Assembly (NCBI GenBank): GCA_963841915.1
Contig: CAWJEN010000003.1
Span: 64,001 to 128,000, forward strand
Direction: 5' to 3'
DNA length: 64,000 nt
DNA from: an uncultured Planctomycetota bacterium
GTDB taxonomy: Bacteria > Planctomycetota > Phycisphaerae > Tepidisphaerales > Tepidisphaeraceae
Of the stretch, positions 1 through 11,256 are shown one piece after another; the stretch's first letter is position 1; each line of letters opens with the position of its first letter. The position numbers were made by a program, and so were the translations under genes. The notes under the pieces were generated by a model that did not search any database, had not been told where the DNA came from, and saw nothing but the letters and a program-made list of their open reading frames with translations.

Positions 1-2
1 TT

Positions 3-425
3 GCCCTGGAGGCTCGACGGCGGGGTGTGCCGACGCTCGGCATCTGCTTCGGCATGCAGGTCATGAACCTGATCGCAGGCGGAACGCTCGCCCAGCACCT
101 GCCCGATGTCACAGGACGCAACGACCACGCCCGCGGCGACCTCGGCTGGAGACGGCGGCACGACGTGGCGATTCGCCCAAACTCCGTGCTCGCCCGGGCG
201 TGCGGTGTCGTCGGTCTGAGCGTCAACACGAGCCACCATCAGGCGGTCGCTCGCGTGGGGCCTGGACTCGACGCGTCTGCGATTGCCGGTGACGGCGTGG
301 TGGAAGCGATCGAGGATCGGCGGCGACAATTCTGGCTCGGCGTGCAATGGCACCCTGAACGGCTAGCCGCCGAGGAGACGCGACACCTACGCATCTTCGA
401 AGCGCTCGTGCGGGCGAGCGCTTAG
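3..425 (+). CDS. Peptidase C26 / gamma-glutamyl-gamma-aminobutyrate hydrolase family glutamine amidotransferase (5' partial)
   Basis: LGICFGMQ nucleophile, SHHQAV and GVQWHPE motifs; frame is open to the window edge. Confidence 0.88.
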   Translation, partial: ALEARRRGVPTLGICFGMQVMNLIAGGTLAQHLPDVTGRNDHARGDLGWRRRHDVAIRPNSVLARACGVVGLSVNTSHHQAVARVGPGLDASAIAGDGVVEAIEDRRRQFWLGVQWHPERLAAEETRHLRIFEALVRASA

Positions 426-426
426 G

Positions 427-918
427 TCACGCCACCCGCATCGGGAGATCGTGCGGGCGGACCAGGTCGCACAGCGAGTCGGACCAGTCGACGCCCGCAT
501 CGCAGCCGACGATAAAGCGATCGTCCTGCGCCCGGTGCCAGCGGACGGTGCAAAGCAGCTCGATTGACCGCCTGCCAGTTGGCGGGTGAATGACGACGTG
601 AACCTGCTCGCCAGCTTGAAGTCGTTCTGGCAACTCGAACGACAAGCCGTCAGCCGAGACGTCGCGAACGCGTGCATTGAGAGCTAGCCCGAGCCGGCCA
701 GCACCAATGACGCGAACATCAGCCTCGATGCCGCCGATGCATTGACGACGCCGGTCGCGACGATCGATCGCGAGGGGGTCCGGTGTAGCGGCGGCGACAA
801 TCTGCTGCGGCGTGACCTCAAGCCAAGCTTGCAAGTCGCGGACTTGACGCGGCTTGAGGCGAAGCGCCGGCTCGTGCCGGCGTCGTGTCAGGCCGTGAAA
901 ATCGGGAAGTAGTCGCAC
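427..918 (-). CDS. PilZ domain protein
   Basis: RRDRRR (RxxxR) and DVSADG (DxSxxG) motifs followed by VRW and IVGC strands. Confidence 0.75.
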   Translation of the reverse strand: MRLLPDFHGLTRRRHEPALRLKPRQVRDLQAWLEVTPQQIVAAATPDPLAIDRRDRRRQCIGGIEADVRVIGAGRLGLALNARVRDVSADGLSFELPERLQAGEQVHVVIHPPTGRRSIELLCTVRWHRAQDDRFIVGCDAGVDWSDSLCDLVRPHDLPMRVA

Positions 919-993
919 CGCGTGAGCCTCACGCCGTGCATCGACTGTCTGGGATCAACATCTACGCGGGCAGTGTGTTGTCGGACCCGGCAA

Positions 994-1947
994 CTATTCC
1001 TTGCCCATGAGCGGCTCGCCGAGGTTCATCAGCGGCAGCGGCATCGGGCTGTCGCTGTTCATGAAGTACAATTTGGCGGCGACGTCCTTGCTCATGGCTT
1101 GAAGTGCCTTGAGTGCCTCGAGCTGGATGTACGCCGGATTTTGTGCGATGGCCTCGTTGATCGCGTTGATCTCGTACGCCTGGGCGTCTGCAAGGATCTT
1201 CTTCATCTCGGCCGTCTGCTCGGCCGCCTCACGTTCGGCCTTGGCAATCTCTACGCCACGCTGTGCCTCTACCTTGGCCTGCTCGAGCTCTGCCTTAGTC
1301 TGCTCAATCTTTTGCTCCGCCTGCTTCTTCTTCTCGACGTTCTCCAGAATACTCGGCGGTAGGGTGAAATCTCGCAGAAGGACGGCGTTGACGATGACGC
1401 CCTTTGGCTCCATGTACTCATTGAGCTTCGCGTAGAGCTCGTCCTGCAAACGAGCCTGCGTCGTCTCGTTGAAGAAGTCCTCGGCATTGACGACGCTTTT
1501 GCCCTGCTCCCGCATGAGACTGCGGAGCTTCGGGACGAGCAGCACTTCTTCGACCTTGTCGAACTCGCCGGTCTCGCTGAGAATCCGTGATGCCTCGCTG
1601 CCGTCGATCCGCCACTGCACGCTGACGTCGATGCGTGTCGTGAGCTGGTCCTGGCTCGGCACGCCGACCTTTTCCTCGTAGTGCGTCTGTTCGCGGGTGT
1701 CGTACTCGGTCCACCTGTAGAGCGGATTGACCGGGAATTGCAGGCCGGGCGAGTATTCGACCGACTGCGGCTTGCCGAAGAGCGTTGCGACGCCGACGTA
1801 GCCGGCGGGAATGCTCTTGAAGAAGAAACTCACAGCGACTAGAAGGCCGATCAGCAGTACGACCACTGCGACGGCTGCCTTGCCCTTGCCGGTGAGTTGA
1901 CCGCTGTTCGAGATGAAGCCGCCGTTGCCGTAGTTGGTTTGGGTCAC
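994..1947 (-). CDS. SPFH/band 7/prohibitin family membrane protein
   Basis: N-terminal TM helix, IPAGYVGV..LFG, PGLQFPVNP, VPSQDQL, C-terminal coiled coil. Confidence 0.9.
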   Translation of the reverse strand: MTQTNYGNGGFISNSGQLTGKGKAAVAVVVLLIGLLVAVSFFFKSIPAGYVGVATLFGKPQSVEYSPGLQFPVNPLYRWTEYDTREQTHYEEKVGVPSQDQLTTRIDVSVQWRIDGSEASRILSETGEFDKVEEVLLVPKLRSLMREQGKSVVNAEDFFNETTQARLQDELYAKLNEYMEPKGVIVNAVLLRDFTLPPSILENVEKKKQAEQKIEQTKAELEQAKVEAQRGVEIAKAEREAAEQTAEMKKILADAQAYEINAINEAIAQNPAYIQLEALKALQAMSKDVAAKLYFMNSDSPMPLPLMNLGEPLMGKE

Positions 1948-1983
1948 AACCCATCGTACGCGCGAGCCGCCCGGTTGTTGCCG

Positions 1984-4900
1984 CTACTGGTTCGTATCCA
2001 GACGCCCAAGCAGGTCATCGACCGCCGCCTGCAGCTGCTCGTCCTCACCGGCGGCCTCGGCCTCGGGGGTCTGCGGCACGAGCAAGTCCGGGATCGCACC
2101 GTTGTTCTCCATGTCCGTGCCGTCGGGCAGGAACCACCCGCGGAAGGGCAGGCGGACGCGGGTGCCGTCGACCAGCGTGAATGAGCCGGTGCTGATGACA
2201 CCGCCGGCCGTCTGTTCACCGACGAGCGTGCCACGACCGAGCGTCTTGAAGGCGTGGCTGACGATCTCGGCGTTGCTGAAGCTCTTTTCGTTGCAGAGCA
2301 TGTTGGTCGGCAGGTCGTACCGCTGGATGAACAGCCGGTCCTGCGGATAGCCGCCACGGATCGGGCCATCGCGGTCGGCCTCGGTCGAATCTTTCAGACC
2401 ACGCGGAATGGTGTAGGCATGCTTGGGGTACATCAGGCTGGCGAGCAGGCGGTCTGTGGTCCAGCCACCGCCGTTGTTGCGAACGTCAACGATGAGCCCG
2501 TCTTTGCCCTCAGCGGCGGCGTAGAGGTCGCGCTCGAAGACGTCGAGGCTCTCCTGATTCATCCCACGGATGTGGATGTAGCCGAGGCGTCCGTTCGAAA
2601 GCTCTTCGACCTTGGCAGCGTTGCCGAGCCGCCAGGCGTCGTACGTTTGGGCGGTGATGGCTCCGAAATCGACGGGCGTGATGAGCAGGTCGACGTTGCC
2701 ACCGTTGCGGGTGACGGTGATGATCGTCTCTCTGCCAATGCGGTCACTGAGCTGTGCCTCCATCGGCTGATCGAGCTTCACCGGCTGCAGGTCGATCGCG
2801 GTGATGACATCGCCCACTTCGAGCGCCATTGGACCGACACCGGCCGGGCCAGTTTGCAGGACGTCGACGACTTCGAAGCCGTCGCCGTCAACTTCGGTGC
2901 GTACGCCGAGCCTGCCGAAACGGCGCTGTATCGGATTGCTGACCGCTGGCGTGGAGACGACCAAGGTGAGAGGCGTTGAGTTCACCGAGCAGCTTGCCCC
3001 CGACGTGCTCAAACTCGTCACCCGTGCGGGCCAAGCGTGCGAGCTGCGCGTAGTCATCGACCAGCGTTGGCCAGTCGAGACCTTTCATGGTCGGGTGATA
3101 GAACATCGCGCCGAGCGTCGTGGCGAGCTCGCGGAACTTCTGTTCCTGCTCGTCGGCGACGTCGATGCGAAGGGTGTCGCTCGCCGGCCAGGTTTCACGC
3201 CCACCCCCGGCGGCGGTCATCGTGGCCGCCCGGCCGTCGGTGAGCATGGCGACGGTTGAGCCGCCCGTGGTCGTATTGAGCAAGCGACCGGCTGCACCGA
3301 TTTCGCTGGCCGAGCCGTCCCACGGCTTCCGCATGAGGTTGCTGCCACTCTGGTAAAGAACCGCCGACGCGTCGGGAAGCATGAGCAAATTCGTCTCGCT
3401 ACCCGGCTCGCGACTCAGGCGACGAAGACGCAGATAGGCCGTGTCCAAAGCAAGCTCGTCGAGCGACGTCATCGCCGCCCGGTCGCTGAGTTCCTGCCAA
3501 GCAGCCATGGCCGCCTCGCGAACTTCTGCCAAGCCTTCTTGAAGTGCTTCGGAATCGAACTTCTCGGCCGGCTCTGCGACTTCGTCGTCCACCAGCGGCG
3601 AGACCGTGCCTCGACGCGTCGCAAAACCGGGCACCGCGATCGGCTTCATTGCCTTTGTCGCGTCGGCCAGTTCCTTGTAGTACGCGGCCATCTCGGCCGG
3701 TGGCAGCGCCTCAGTCTCCTCGTCGAGGTACACCTGCCAGACGTCGTACTCCTCGTCGACCCGCTCACTTGTGAACGTCAGCACGCGGCCGTCGCTGGAA
3801 AGGCTCGGGTTGTAGTCGTTGTCAGGGTGTCGCGTGAGGTTGATCGCCTCTCCCGTTCCGTCCGCCGCCTTGATCCACAGGTCTGCGTTGAAGTCAGCGT
3901 CCTCGACGTTGAACAACAGGTGCCGCCCGTCCGGCGACCACAAGTACGACAAGCCGCTGTCCCAGCCGTTGAAGACGATCGTCTCGTCGCCTGTGACAAG
4001 GTCAAGCACGACAAGGTCGCCCACGTTCTTGTGCAGCGCCAGCCGCCGACCCTCGGGCGAAGGGACCGGGTCGCTGTAGCTGTCGACGCCTTGCGTCACT
4101 GCCTCAACGTGGAACGCCAGCGCGTCGGCCCACTTGTCGGGAGCGGGTGCGTAACGCTCCTGCATCGCCGGCCGCGTCGTCGCATCCTTCACGCTCTTCT
4201 GAACGTCGCTTCGCGAAAGCGCGACCGTCGCCGCGTGCACCTGTGACCGACCCGATTCTTCGCCAACAAAGTAGAGCGTCCCGCCGTCCGGACTCCAGGC
4301 AACGTCGCTGTGGCGTGCAGGAGGCGTCGTAACGGCACGGGCGGCTGCGTCATCTTCCGTACCGCGGACGTAGACCTGTCCATATGCCACAATCGCAATG
4401 GCTTTGCCATCTGGTGAGACAGCAGCATCGGTCGCGCGGCTGGTGGTCAGTGACGACCTTCTCTGCCAGCGCGTCCTGCGTCGCGCGAATTTCAACTTCT
4501 CGTGGCTCGCCACCTTCGACGTCGAGGACGTACAGCTTGTCCCAGCGGGCAAAGACGATGGTCCTGCCGTCGGGCGTGACGTCGTAATCTTCTACGTCAC
4601 GGCCGGAGAAGTCGGTCAGCGGCGTGACGTTGCCGCCATCAATATTGGCGACGTAGAGGTTGACCGTCGCGTTCTCGCGGTCGCTCGTGAAGACGAAGCG
4701 ATCACTGCCGAGCCACTGTGGGCGGGCGTCGTTGCCGCGACGGTCGGTTAGCTGCGTGAAGGCCCCGCCGTCCCACATCCAAATGTCGCGCGTGTCAGGC
4801 CCACGTTCTCCGCGACGTTGAAGGTCGGCGTTGCCACGAACGAACAGGAAACGCGCGCCTCCAATCTCTTTGACCGGGCTTCTGCCGAAAGCGTCGTGCA

Positions 4901-5351
4901 GGCGTTCATGCACGCCGCCTGCCGCGTCGACGCTGTACGGCCGCGGGTTCCGGTAGACGTCGGGCTCGTGATAGCCGGTGAAGTAGAGCTTGCCGTCGTC
5001 TCCGAAATCGGTGAGCAGGGCGGCCCGGTCGACGACGAGCGCTTCAACCACATTTGAGCCGTCTGCGTCCATCGTGAACAAGCCGCTCGGGCCGTAGCGG
5101 TCGCTGGTGAAGGCGATCCGGCTGCCGTCGGGGCTGAACTGCGGCAAACGGTCTTCGCCCGGGTGGGCCGTGAGTCGTCTGGCCTCGCCACCGTCGGCAG
5201 GCACCTGCCACAAGTCGCCAGCCCAGCCGAAGACGATGGTCTCGCCGTCGGGGCTGATCGCCGGGAATCTTGGCAGTGGCACGTTTCCTTGGCCACGCGA
5301 CAGCGGCGTCAGGAGCAGGACAAAGAGCACGATCCAGCGACTCGGCGACAT
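1984..5351 (-). pseudogene. Tricorn-like S41 protease (PD40 propellers, PDZ, S41 core), split by two frameshifts (~4445, ~2960); may be intact if these are assembly errors
   Basis: Three consecutive overlapping ORFs give signal peptide, SPDG repeats, GELNASH, GYIHIRGM, DVRNNGGG, SNAE, TAGGVI and DMENNG in the expected order. Confidence 0.85.
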
Positions 5352-5377
5352 CGCTTTGAGCCTATGGCCTTGGATCC

Positions 5378-5791
5378 TTAGAAGAACTCGCCGCCGATCT
5401 CGTACAGGCCGTTGATTTGCTTGCAAGACGCGATTCGCAACCGCGTGCTAAGCCGTTGCAGTCCGTGACTCACGACCAGCCAATGACAGGCACCGACGGT
5501 AAATCTCTTAGCAGAGTTGAATCCAACGCCTTCGAGCGACAAGTCGCGGATCATGATGGCGTGGCCACTCGTTTGGCTTCGGCCCGACGCGCTGCTGATC
5601 CAGCCTTCAAGGTCGCTCTGCTCGGACCGGTCGCTGCGACGCCGTTCCGCACTGGCGAGGCGAAGACGCACTTCCTGTTCGACAGGGCAAGTCTGATCGG
5701 ACCGTTCAAGCTTCCGCGCAGCCGAGCCATCGAAGGCTTCGGGCGGTAGGGAGGCGTAAGCAGTCGAGTCGGCAGGCATTACCTGTCGCAT
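5378..5791 (-). CDS. PilZ domain protein
   Basis: ERRRSDR and DLSLEG motifs, C-terminal YEIGGEF; start uncertain (5791 or 5779). Confidence 0.75.
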   Translation of the reverse strand: MRQVMPADSTAYASLPPEAFDGSAARKLERSDQTCPVEQEVRLRLASAERRRSDRSEQSDLEGWISSASGRSQTSGHAIMIRDLSLEGVGFNSAKRFTVGACHWLVVSHGLQRLSTRLRIASCKQINGLYEIGGEFF

Positions 5792-5921
5792 CGGCGGGCG
5801 GTCCAAGCAACTTGTGCCGAGCTGTCGCTTGTTTGTGGCCGGGACGCAGGTTCGATAACTTGTGTGACCGTGCCCAAGGTGTAAGCCAGGAGACGGGCAG
5901 CAACCGATCCAACCTTTGCCG

Positions 5922-7874
5922 ATGACGCCGACCAAGTACAACGCCGCCAAGCTCTCGACCTCCGCCGCCCTGAGTGAGCGGCTCGAGCCGCGCCGTCTGC
6001 TGACGGCAACGTTTGATGATGCCACAGGGGTGCTGACGATCCTGAGCGGAGACGAAGACGCCATCATCCGGTTCGAAGACGTGACGGCGAACGAGCCGGA
6101 CGCCGAGTCGATGTTTCGAGTCATCCAGGCCGCCGGTCGATCGACCGTTCCGAGCGATCCGTCGGATGACGCGGCAGTTTTGGCCTACCTGGACGCCGCC
6201 GGCAGCACCGAAGTGTTCGGCCCCTACAACGCCAGCGACATCTTTCGCGTCGACATTGGCACAGGTACGGGCGACGATCTGATCATCGTCGGCAACCGGG
6301 CTCGCGTGAACGTCAGCGTCTTCGGCAACACCGGCAACGACACCATCTCAGGCGGACGCGGCAGCGACACCCTCTTCGGGAACGACGGCGACGACTATCT
6401 TTATGGTTCGTCGAGCGACGACCTGCTCACCGGCGGTGACGGAGACGACATCCTGCTCGGCGGTGACGGTGACTACGACTTCGTCGACTATGGAGATCTC
6501 AATGGCTCGGCCGGCGTCAGCGTCAGCCTCGACAATGTTGCCAATGACGGCGAAGGCGGTGACAACGTCGGCATCGACGTCGAGGCTGTCAGCGGTACGG
6601 CCGGTGCCGACACCTTCGACGCCTCCGTCCGCCCCAATGTTCTGGTCGACCGCACGAGCGGCTTCGTCCGCGCCTTGCCGCCGGTCTCGTTTTACGGGGC
6701 AGACGGCGCTGATATTTTGATCGGCACAGACCTGGATCAGGTGTCACTCGACAACGAAGCGGCCGTGCTGGGTGTTGTCGCGCCGACCTTTGACGGCCGG
6801 GCCGACACGCTAAATGGCGGTTTGGGTGCCGACCTGCTGACGGGGCTGGCAGGTCGCGACATCATCATTGATGCCAACGGCGACAGCGACACCGTCGACG
6901 GCGGACGCGGCGGAGCGATTTTCGTCGGTGATAACAGTGACACTTCAACGTCAGCAACCAGGCTAACGCCCGCAGAAGAGCGTCCCGGCACCGCCTTGAC
7001 CAGCGGTGGTGGCATCACCTTCGACGATGACGGCGTTATCACCATCGATGGCTCTGATGGCGACGACACGGTGCTGGTCCAGATCGGTCGGCGCGACGAA
7101 GGGCCGCAGAATCTGCGGTTCGATTTCGTCCGTATCAGCTCGGCCCTCGACGGCGGGTCGCCCGTCATTCGTGAGTTCGGCATCACCGACCTCAGCGACG
7201 ACGACGTGGAGCGGGACACGCCGGCACCGACAGCCGTCGTCTTCAACGGCAACGACGGAGATGATGTCGCTTACATTGCTTCGCCCAGTGGGGAGCAGAT
7301 CGGTGACGGCGTCGCCAACCTGTTCGCACGACTGCTTGGCGGTGAGGGCGACGACCTGCTCATCGGTGGTGACGCGGCTGACTTCATCGACGGTGGGACG
7401 GGCAACAACATCCTGCTCGGCTTCGACGGCAACGACACCCTGCTCGCCGGCTTCGGACGCGACGACTTCTCCGGTGGTCAGGGCCAGGACCGCGTCGACT
7501 ACAGCATCCGCTCGCCGGTCGAGCCGCTTCGTGTCGGACTCGGCTCGCTCTTCGACGACGGCTTCGTCGGCGAGAACGATAACGTTCGCGGCGATGTTGA
7601 AGAGCTACTGGGCGGTGACGGCAACGACGAGCTGTCGACCACTGCAAACACCGCTGTTCGCTTCTTCGGGCAAGGCGGCAATGACACGCTGCTCGGCTCC
7701 AACGCGGGTGACTTCCTGGCCGGTGGCGGCGGTAGTGACACGCTAGCCGGTGGCAACGGAGCCGACTTCTTTGCCGCACTGGACGGAAACGTCGACCAGA
7801 TCTTCGGCGGGAACGGTAACGACGACGGGGACTTCGACTCGAACGACATCGTCGACCTCGGCGTCGACGGCTAA
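5922..7874 (+). CDS. Secreted Ca-binding (RTX/hemolysin-type nonapeptide) repeat protein with LEPR-XLL-type N-terminal motif
   Basis: ERLEPRRLLT motif; many GGxGxDx(L/I) repeats; very acidic. Confidence 0.85.
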   Translation: MTPTKYNAAKLSTSAALSERLEPRRLLTATFDDATGVLTILSGDEDAIIRFEDVTANEPDAESMFRVIQAAGRSTVPSDPSDDAAVLAYLDAAGSTEVFGPYNASDIFRVDIGTGTGDDLIIVGNRARVNVSVFGNTGNDTISGGRGSDTLFGNDGDDYLYGSSSDDLLTGGDGDDILLGGDGDYDFVDYGDLNGSAGVSVSLDNVANDGEGGDNVGIDVEAVSGTAGADTFDASVRPNVLVDRTSGFVRALPPVSFYGADGADILIGTDLDQVSLDNEAAVLGVVAPTFDGRADTLNGGLGADLLTGLAGRDIIIDANGDSDTVDGGRGGAIFVGDNSDTSTSATRLTPAEERPGTALTSGGGITFDDDGVITIDGSDGDDTVLVQIGRRDEGPQNLRFDFVRISSALDGGSPVIREFGITDLSDDDVERDTPAPTAVVFNGNDGDDVAYIASPSGEQIGDGVANLFARLLGGEGDDLLIGGDAADFIDGGTGNNILLGFDGNDTLLAGFGRDDFSGGQGQDRVDYSIRSPVEPLRVGLGSLFDDGFVGENDNVRGDVEELLGGDGNDELSTTANTAVRFFGQGGNDTLLGSNAGDFLAGGGGSDTLAGGNGADFFAALDGNVDQIFGGNGNDDGDFDSNDIVDLGVDG

Positions 7875-7892
7875 GCCGCTACGGTGCCGGTG

Positions 7893-8654
7893 ATGCCGTC
7901 CGACTATCGCGAAATCTCAGAGTTTTACGACCAGGAGTACCCGGAGCTCGACCTGCTCGGGCCTGACGTGGCGTGCTTTCTGCAACACGTCGACGGACCA
8001 CGCGTCGTCGAGATCGGCTGCGGGACCGGCCGGGCCAGCCGAGCTATTGCAGCGGCGGGGCGAGAGGTTGTCGGCTTCGACATCGATCAGGCAATGCTCG
8101 ACATCGCCCACCAGCACGGCGGCGACGTGAGCTACGTCACGGCGGATGCAACGGATGACGGCTGGCATGAGGCCACCGGCGGCGACTTCGACGCAGCCTG
8201 CTGTTTCTTCAACACGTTCCTTGCCCTCGTCGATCCCGCCGGACAAGAGGCTTGCCTGCGTGGTGCTCATGCCGCTCTGAGGCCGGGAGGCAGACTTTGG
8301 CTCGACATCTTCCACCCCAACCTCGAGCTCATTCTCGCCACCGTCGGCGGAGAGGATGAGCTCGAGCCTGACCTGTTCTACCTGCCGGATGGCCGCACGG
8401 TGCTACGGACGACGTCGATCTATGCCGACATCACGCAACAGGTACAACACGTCACATTTCACTACAGCTGGTACGTTAATGAGCAGCGGGTCGAGCGGAG
8501 TCGCAGCTTCGACATGACCTGGATCATGCCTCGCGAACTGGAGCGACTCTTGCGAATCTGCGGCTTCGAGCTCGTCGAATCGTGGGGCGACTACGACGGC
8601 AACGAGATTGATGACGACAGCGAAAGGCAGATCGTTCTAGCCGTCCGCGTCTGA
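7893..8654 (+). CDS. Class I SAM-dependent methyltransferase
   Basis: VVEIGCGTG motif I, GFDID, LRPGGRLWLD. Confidence 0.9.
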   Translation: MPSDYREISEFYDQEYPELDLLGPDVACFLQHVDGPRVVEIGCGTGRASRAIAAAGREVVGFDIDQAMLDIAHQHGGDVSYVTADATDDGWHEATGGDFDAACCFFNTFLALVDPAGQEACLRGAHAALRPGGRLWLDIFHPNLELILATVGGEDELEPDLFYLPDGRTVLRTTSIYADITQQVQHVTFHYSWYVNEQRVERSRSFDMTWIMPRELERLLRICGFELVESWGDYDGNEIDDDSERQIVLAVRV

Positions 8655-8657
8655 CCG

Positions 8658-9416
8658 TCATTCTGCCGCGCGGGTGGTGACGAGCTGGTCTGTGGCCTGC
8701 ACCTCTACCCGGCGATTTGCTCTGCGATCTGCGGCGTCGTAGGCGCGGCGACGCACTGGCTCGTATCGGCCACAGGCCTGGACACGAAGGATTTCAGGGT
8801 CAACTCCGTGCCCGATGAGGGCTTCGACGACGCGGCTGGCCCGGTCGAGCGAGAGCTCCATCTCGAGCTGCCTGGCCTGAGGGCTGCTCGGGTCGAGATC
8901 GGTCGGTAGATCGTCCGGTGCCGTGTGCCCTTTGACGAGCACGATATTACGAAATCCCCTGATTTTCGACGCGATCTGCCGGAGGGCGACCTCGTCGCTG
9001 GGCAACAGGTCGACTGTGCCTGCGTCAAATAGCACGCGTCCGCCGATACCCGCTTGGTCACCGTCACGAATTTTAGTTACTTCGCTGTCAGTGCCTTCGG
9101 CCCCTTTGGCAGCCGTCTCGGCGTGGCCAGTGCCACCGGTGCCAGTCCGCTTCATTTGCTCGAGCAGCTTGTACAGCTCTTCAATGCGAACTTGACGATC
9201 CTGCACGTCTTCGGGTGAGGCACCGAAGGCGATCTGGATGTCACGCGTGGTCTCCTCTGACCGGATCTCCTCCTGTGTTGCCTCCATCGGCGTGTCGGTG
9301 ACGTCGGGCTTGAGCACCCAGAGGATCACGAACAGGCCCATCATGCACATCAGCAGGTCGGCCAGGGTGAAGATCCATTCGGGACACTCTTCACAGATTT
9401 CTTCTGGGTCACACAT
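8658..9416 (-). CDS. motB: MotB/OmpA-family stator protein
   Basis: W..TLADL TM with conserved Asp; GHT, LSLDRA and NRRVEV peptidoglycan-binding motifs. Confidence 0.85.
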   Translation of the reverse strand: MCDPEEICEECPEWIFTLADLLMCMMGLFVILWVLKPDVTDTPMEATQEEIRSEETTRDIQIAFGASPEDVQDRQVRIEELYKLLEQMKRTGTGGTGHAETAAKGAEGTDSEVTKIRDGDQAGIGGRVLFDAGTVDLLPSDEVALRQIASKIRGFRNIVLVKGHTAPDDLPTDLDPSSPQARQLEMELSLDRASRVVEALIGHGVDPEILRVQACGRYEPVRRRAYDAADRRANRRVEVQATDQLVTTRAAE

Positions 9417-9454
9417 GAAAGCTCGGGTGAGGCGTGGGCGGGAAGCGAATCAGG

Positions 9455-10234
9455 TCAGTCGGCGCGGGCAAGCTGTGCCTGCTTTGCGGCAGTCATGAAG
9501 CTCAGCAGCTGCATCTCGACGACCCGCGGGTTGTTGCCGGCTTGGATGCTGAGCAGGCCCTGCATCATGATCTCCTTCGCGAATGCCTCTTCTTTACTGA
9601 TAAAGCCGAGTTTTTCAGCGATGGGGCCTGCGATGACGTTCTGCACCATGGCCCCGTACAGCGTGCCGGTGAGGGCAACCGCCAATGCGCCACCGATGGC
9701 CGCCGGGTCGCCGTCGAGGTTCTTGAACAACGCGATCTGTGCGATGAGACAGGCGAGCAGTCCACAACCTGGTCCGAACTTGGCAATGCTGGCCCAGAAG
9801 TGCTTGCCGTGCTTGTGCCGTTCAAGCATGGCGTCAATTTCGACGCGAAGCACCCGCTCGACCACCTCGGCGTCGGTGCCGTCGATGGTGAGCTGAAGCC
9901 CCTTCCGCATGAAGGGATCGTGGTGATCCTTGCTCGGGCCCTCGAGCGCCAGTACACCATCTCGACGGGCAGTTTCTGCGTATTCTACCAGTTCCTTGAC
10001 GGTATGCTCGATGTCGTGGTGTGCCCCGAAGAGCATCTTCATCGAGCCCTTGAGACTCACCATGATGGCCGACATGGGCGTGCCGGCGATGGCGGCGCCG
10101 ACTGCTGCGCCACCGACGAGGATGACCTCAGTCGGCTTGATGTAGGGGCCGATGGCCCCGTGTGTGACGTGCCACATGCCGAAGCCGAGCGAACCCCAGG
10201 CGACGCCATATCCGAGAATTGTTCCGAAGTCCAT
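9455..10234 (-). CDS. motA: MotA-family stator protein
   Basis: ARRDGVLALE, DPFMRKGLQLTIDG, ALTGTLYG, IQAGNNPR; directly upstream of motB. Confidence 0.9.
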   Translation of the reverse strand: MDFGTILGYGVAWGSLGFGMWHVTHGAIGPYIKPTEVILVGGAAVGAAIAGTPMSAIMVSLKGSMKMLFGAHHDIEHTVKELVEYAETARRDGVLALEGPSKDHHDPFMRKGLQLTIDGTDAEVVERVLRVEIDAMLERHKHGKHFWASIAKFGPGCGLLACLIAQIALFKNLDGDPAAIGGALAVALTGTLYGAMVQNVIAGPIAEKLGFISKEEAFAKEIMMQGLLSIQAGNNPRVVEMQLLSFMTAAKQAQLARAD

Positions 10235-10337
10235 GAGCTGCTTGCTGGTGCGAGGAGAAGGTCCACCAGCGTTATCGGCCTTAGCCGGCCTGGGCCAACA
10301 GTCGCCTTGCACCTAAGCTGCGACCATCGCTTCTGCC

Positions 10338-11099
10338 ATGCCCAACGCCCTCGTCCTTCAAGCCGCCGGTATTAACTGTGACCGTGAAACGGCGCGTGCC
10401 TTTGAGCTGGCCGGTGCTCAGGCTGACCTGCGTCACATCAACGAGTTGGCAACCCTCCAGCACCCGTTCGACGACTACGACCTGCTTGCCATCCCCGGCG
10501 GGTTCAGCTTCGGCGACGACGTCGCGGCTGGCCGCATCCTGGGTGACCGCCTCGCCCGCGGGTTCGGCGACCACGTGCGGCGGTTTATCGAAAAGGGGCG
10601 ACCGGTCATCGGAATTTGCAACGGATTTCAGACCCTTGCCAGCTCTGGACTGCTCGGCGGGTCGTGCGCACTCGATGACAATGCGGGCGCAGCCTTTGTC
10701 TGCCGATGGTCGTCGTTGGTGCGGGGTCGTTCGCCATGCGTCTGGTTACGAAACTGGCAGGAGGACGAAGTCGTCGAACTGCCCATCGCCCATGCCGAGG
10801 GTCGCGTCGTCTTCGCCGACGAGGCCGCCACGTCAAGTGCCCGCGCCGCGGTGACGTATGTGGCCCCGAGCCGGCAACTATCGGCCGACATGCCTCCGAA
10901 CCCCAACGGCAGCGTCGGCAACATCGCTGGCTTGTGCGACGCGTCGGGCCTGATGCTCGGCCTCATGCCGCACCCGGAGCGATTTGTTGAGCCGATGCAG
11001 CATCCCGCTTACCAGCGGCAAAGGATTGAGCAACGTGACGTTCCCGAGCCAGCCGGACTTCGAATGTTCAGGGCGGCTGTCGACTATGTTCGTAGCTAA
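10338..11099 (+). CDS. purQ: Phosphoribosylformylglycinamidine synthase subunit PurQ
   Basis: GINCDRET, PGGFSFGD, GICNGFQ, PIAHAEG, NPNGS, GLMPHPER. Confidence 0.95.
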   Translation: MPNALVLQAAGINCDRETARAFELAGAQADLRHINELATLQHPFDDYDLLAIPGGFSFGDDVAAGRILGDRLARGFGDHVRRFIEKGRPVIGICNGFQTLASSGLLGGSCALDDNAGAAFVCRWSSLVRGRSPCVWLRNWQEDEVVELPIAHAEGRVVFADEAATSSARAAVTYVAPSRQLSADMPPNPNGSVGNIAGLCDASGLMLGLMPHPERFVEPMQHPAYQRQRIEQRDVPEPAGLRMFRAAVDYVRS

Positions 11100-11256
11100 C
11101 TGAGACCATAGGCTGAAGTAATAAGGCAGCTAAATAACTTGCGAAATCAAACGATAAGCAGTTAGACTCTTCTGAGCGAACGTCTGATAATTGCAGACGA
11201 TTTGCAATTCGGATCAGCGATTCCTGTCTGTCCGCCGGTTTGCCGATATCGGCAAC

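Noticed and set aside
5922..7874. RTX toxin
   Set aside because: Only Ca-binding repeats; no pore-forming domain, acyltransferase or type I secretion genes
8658..10234. Zorya (ZorA/ZorB) defence system
   Set aside because: MotA is standard length without a long tail; no zorC/D/E-like neighbours
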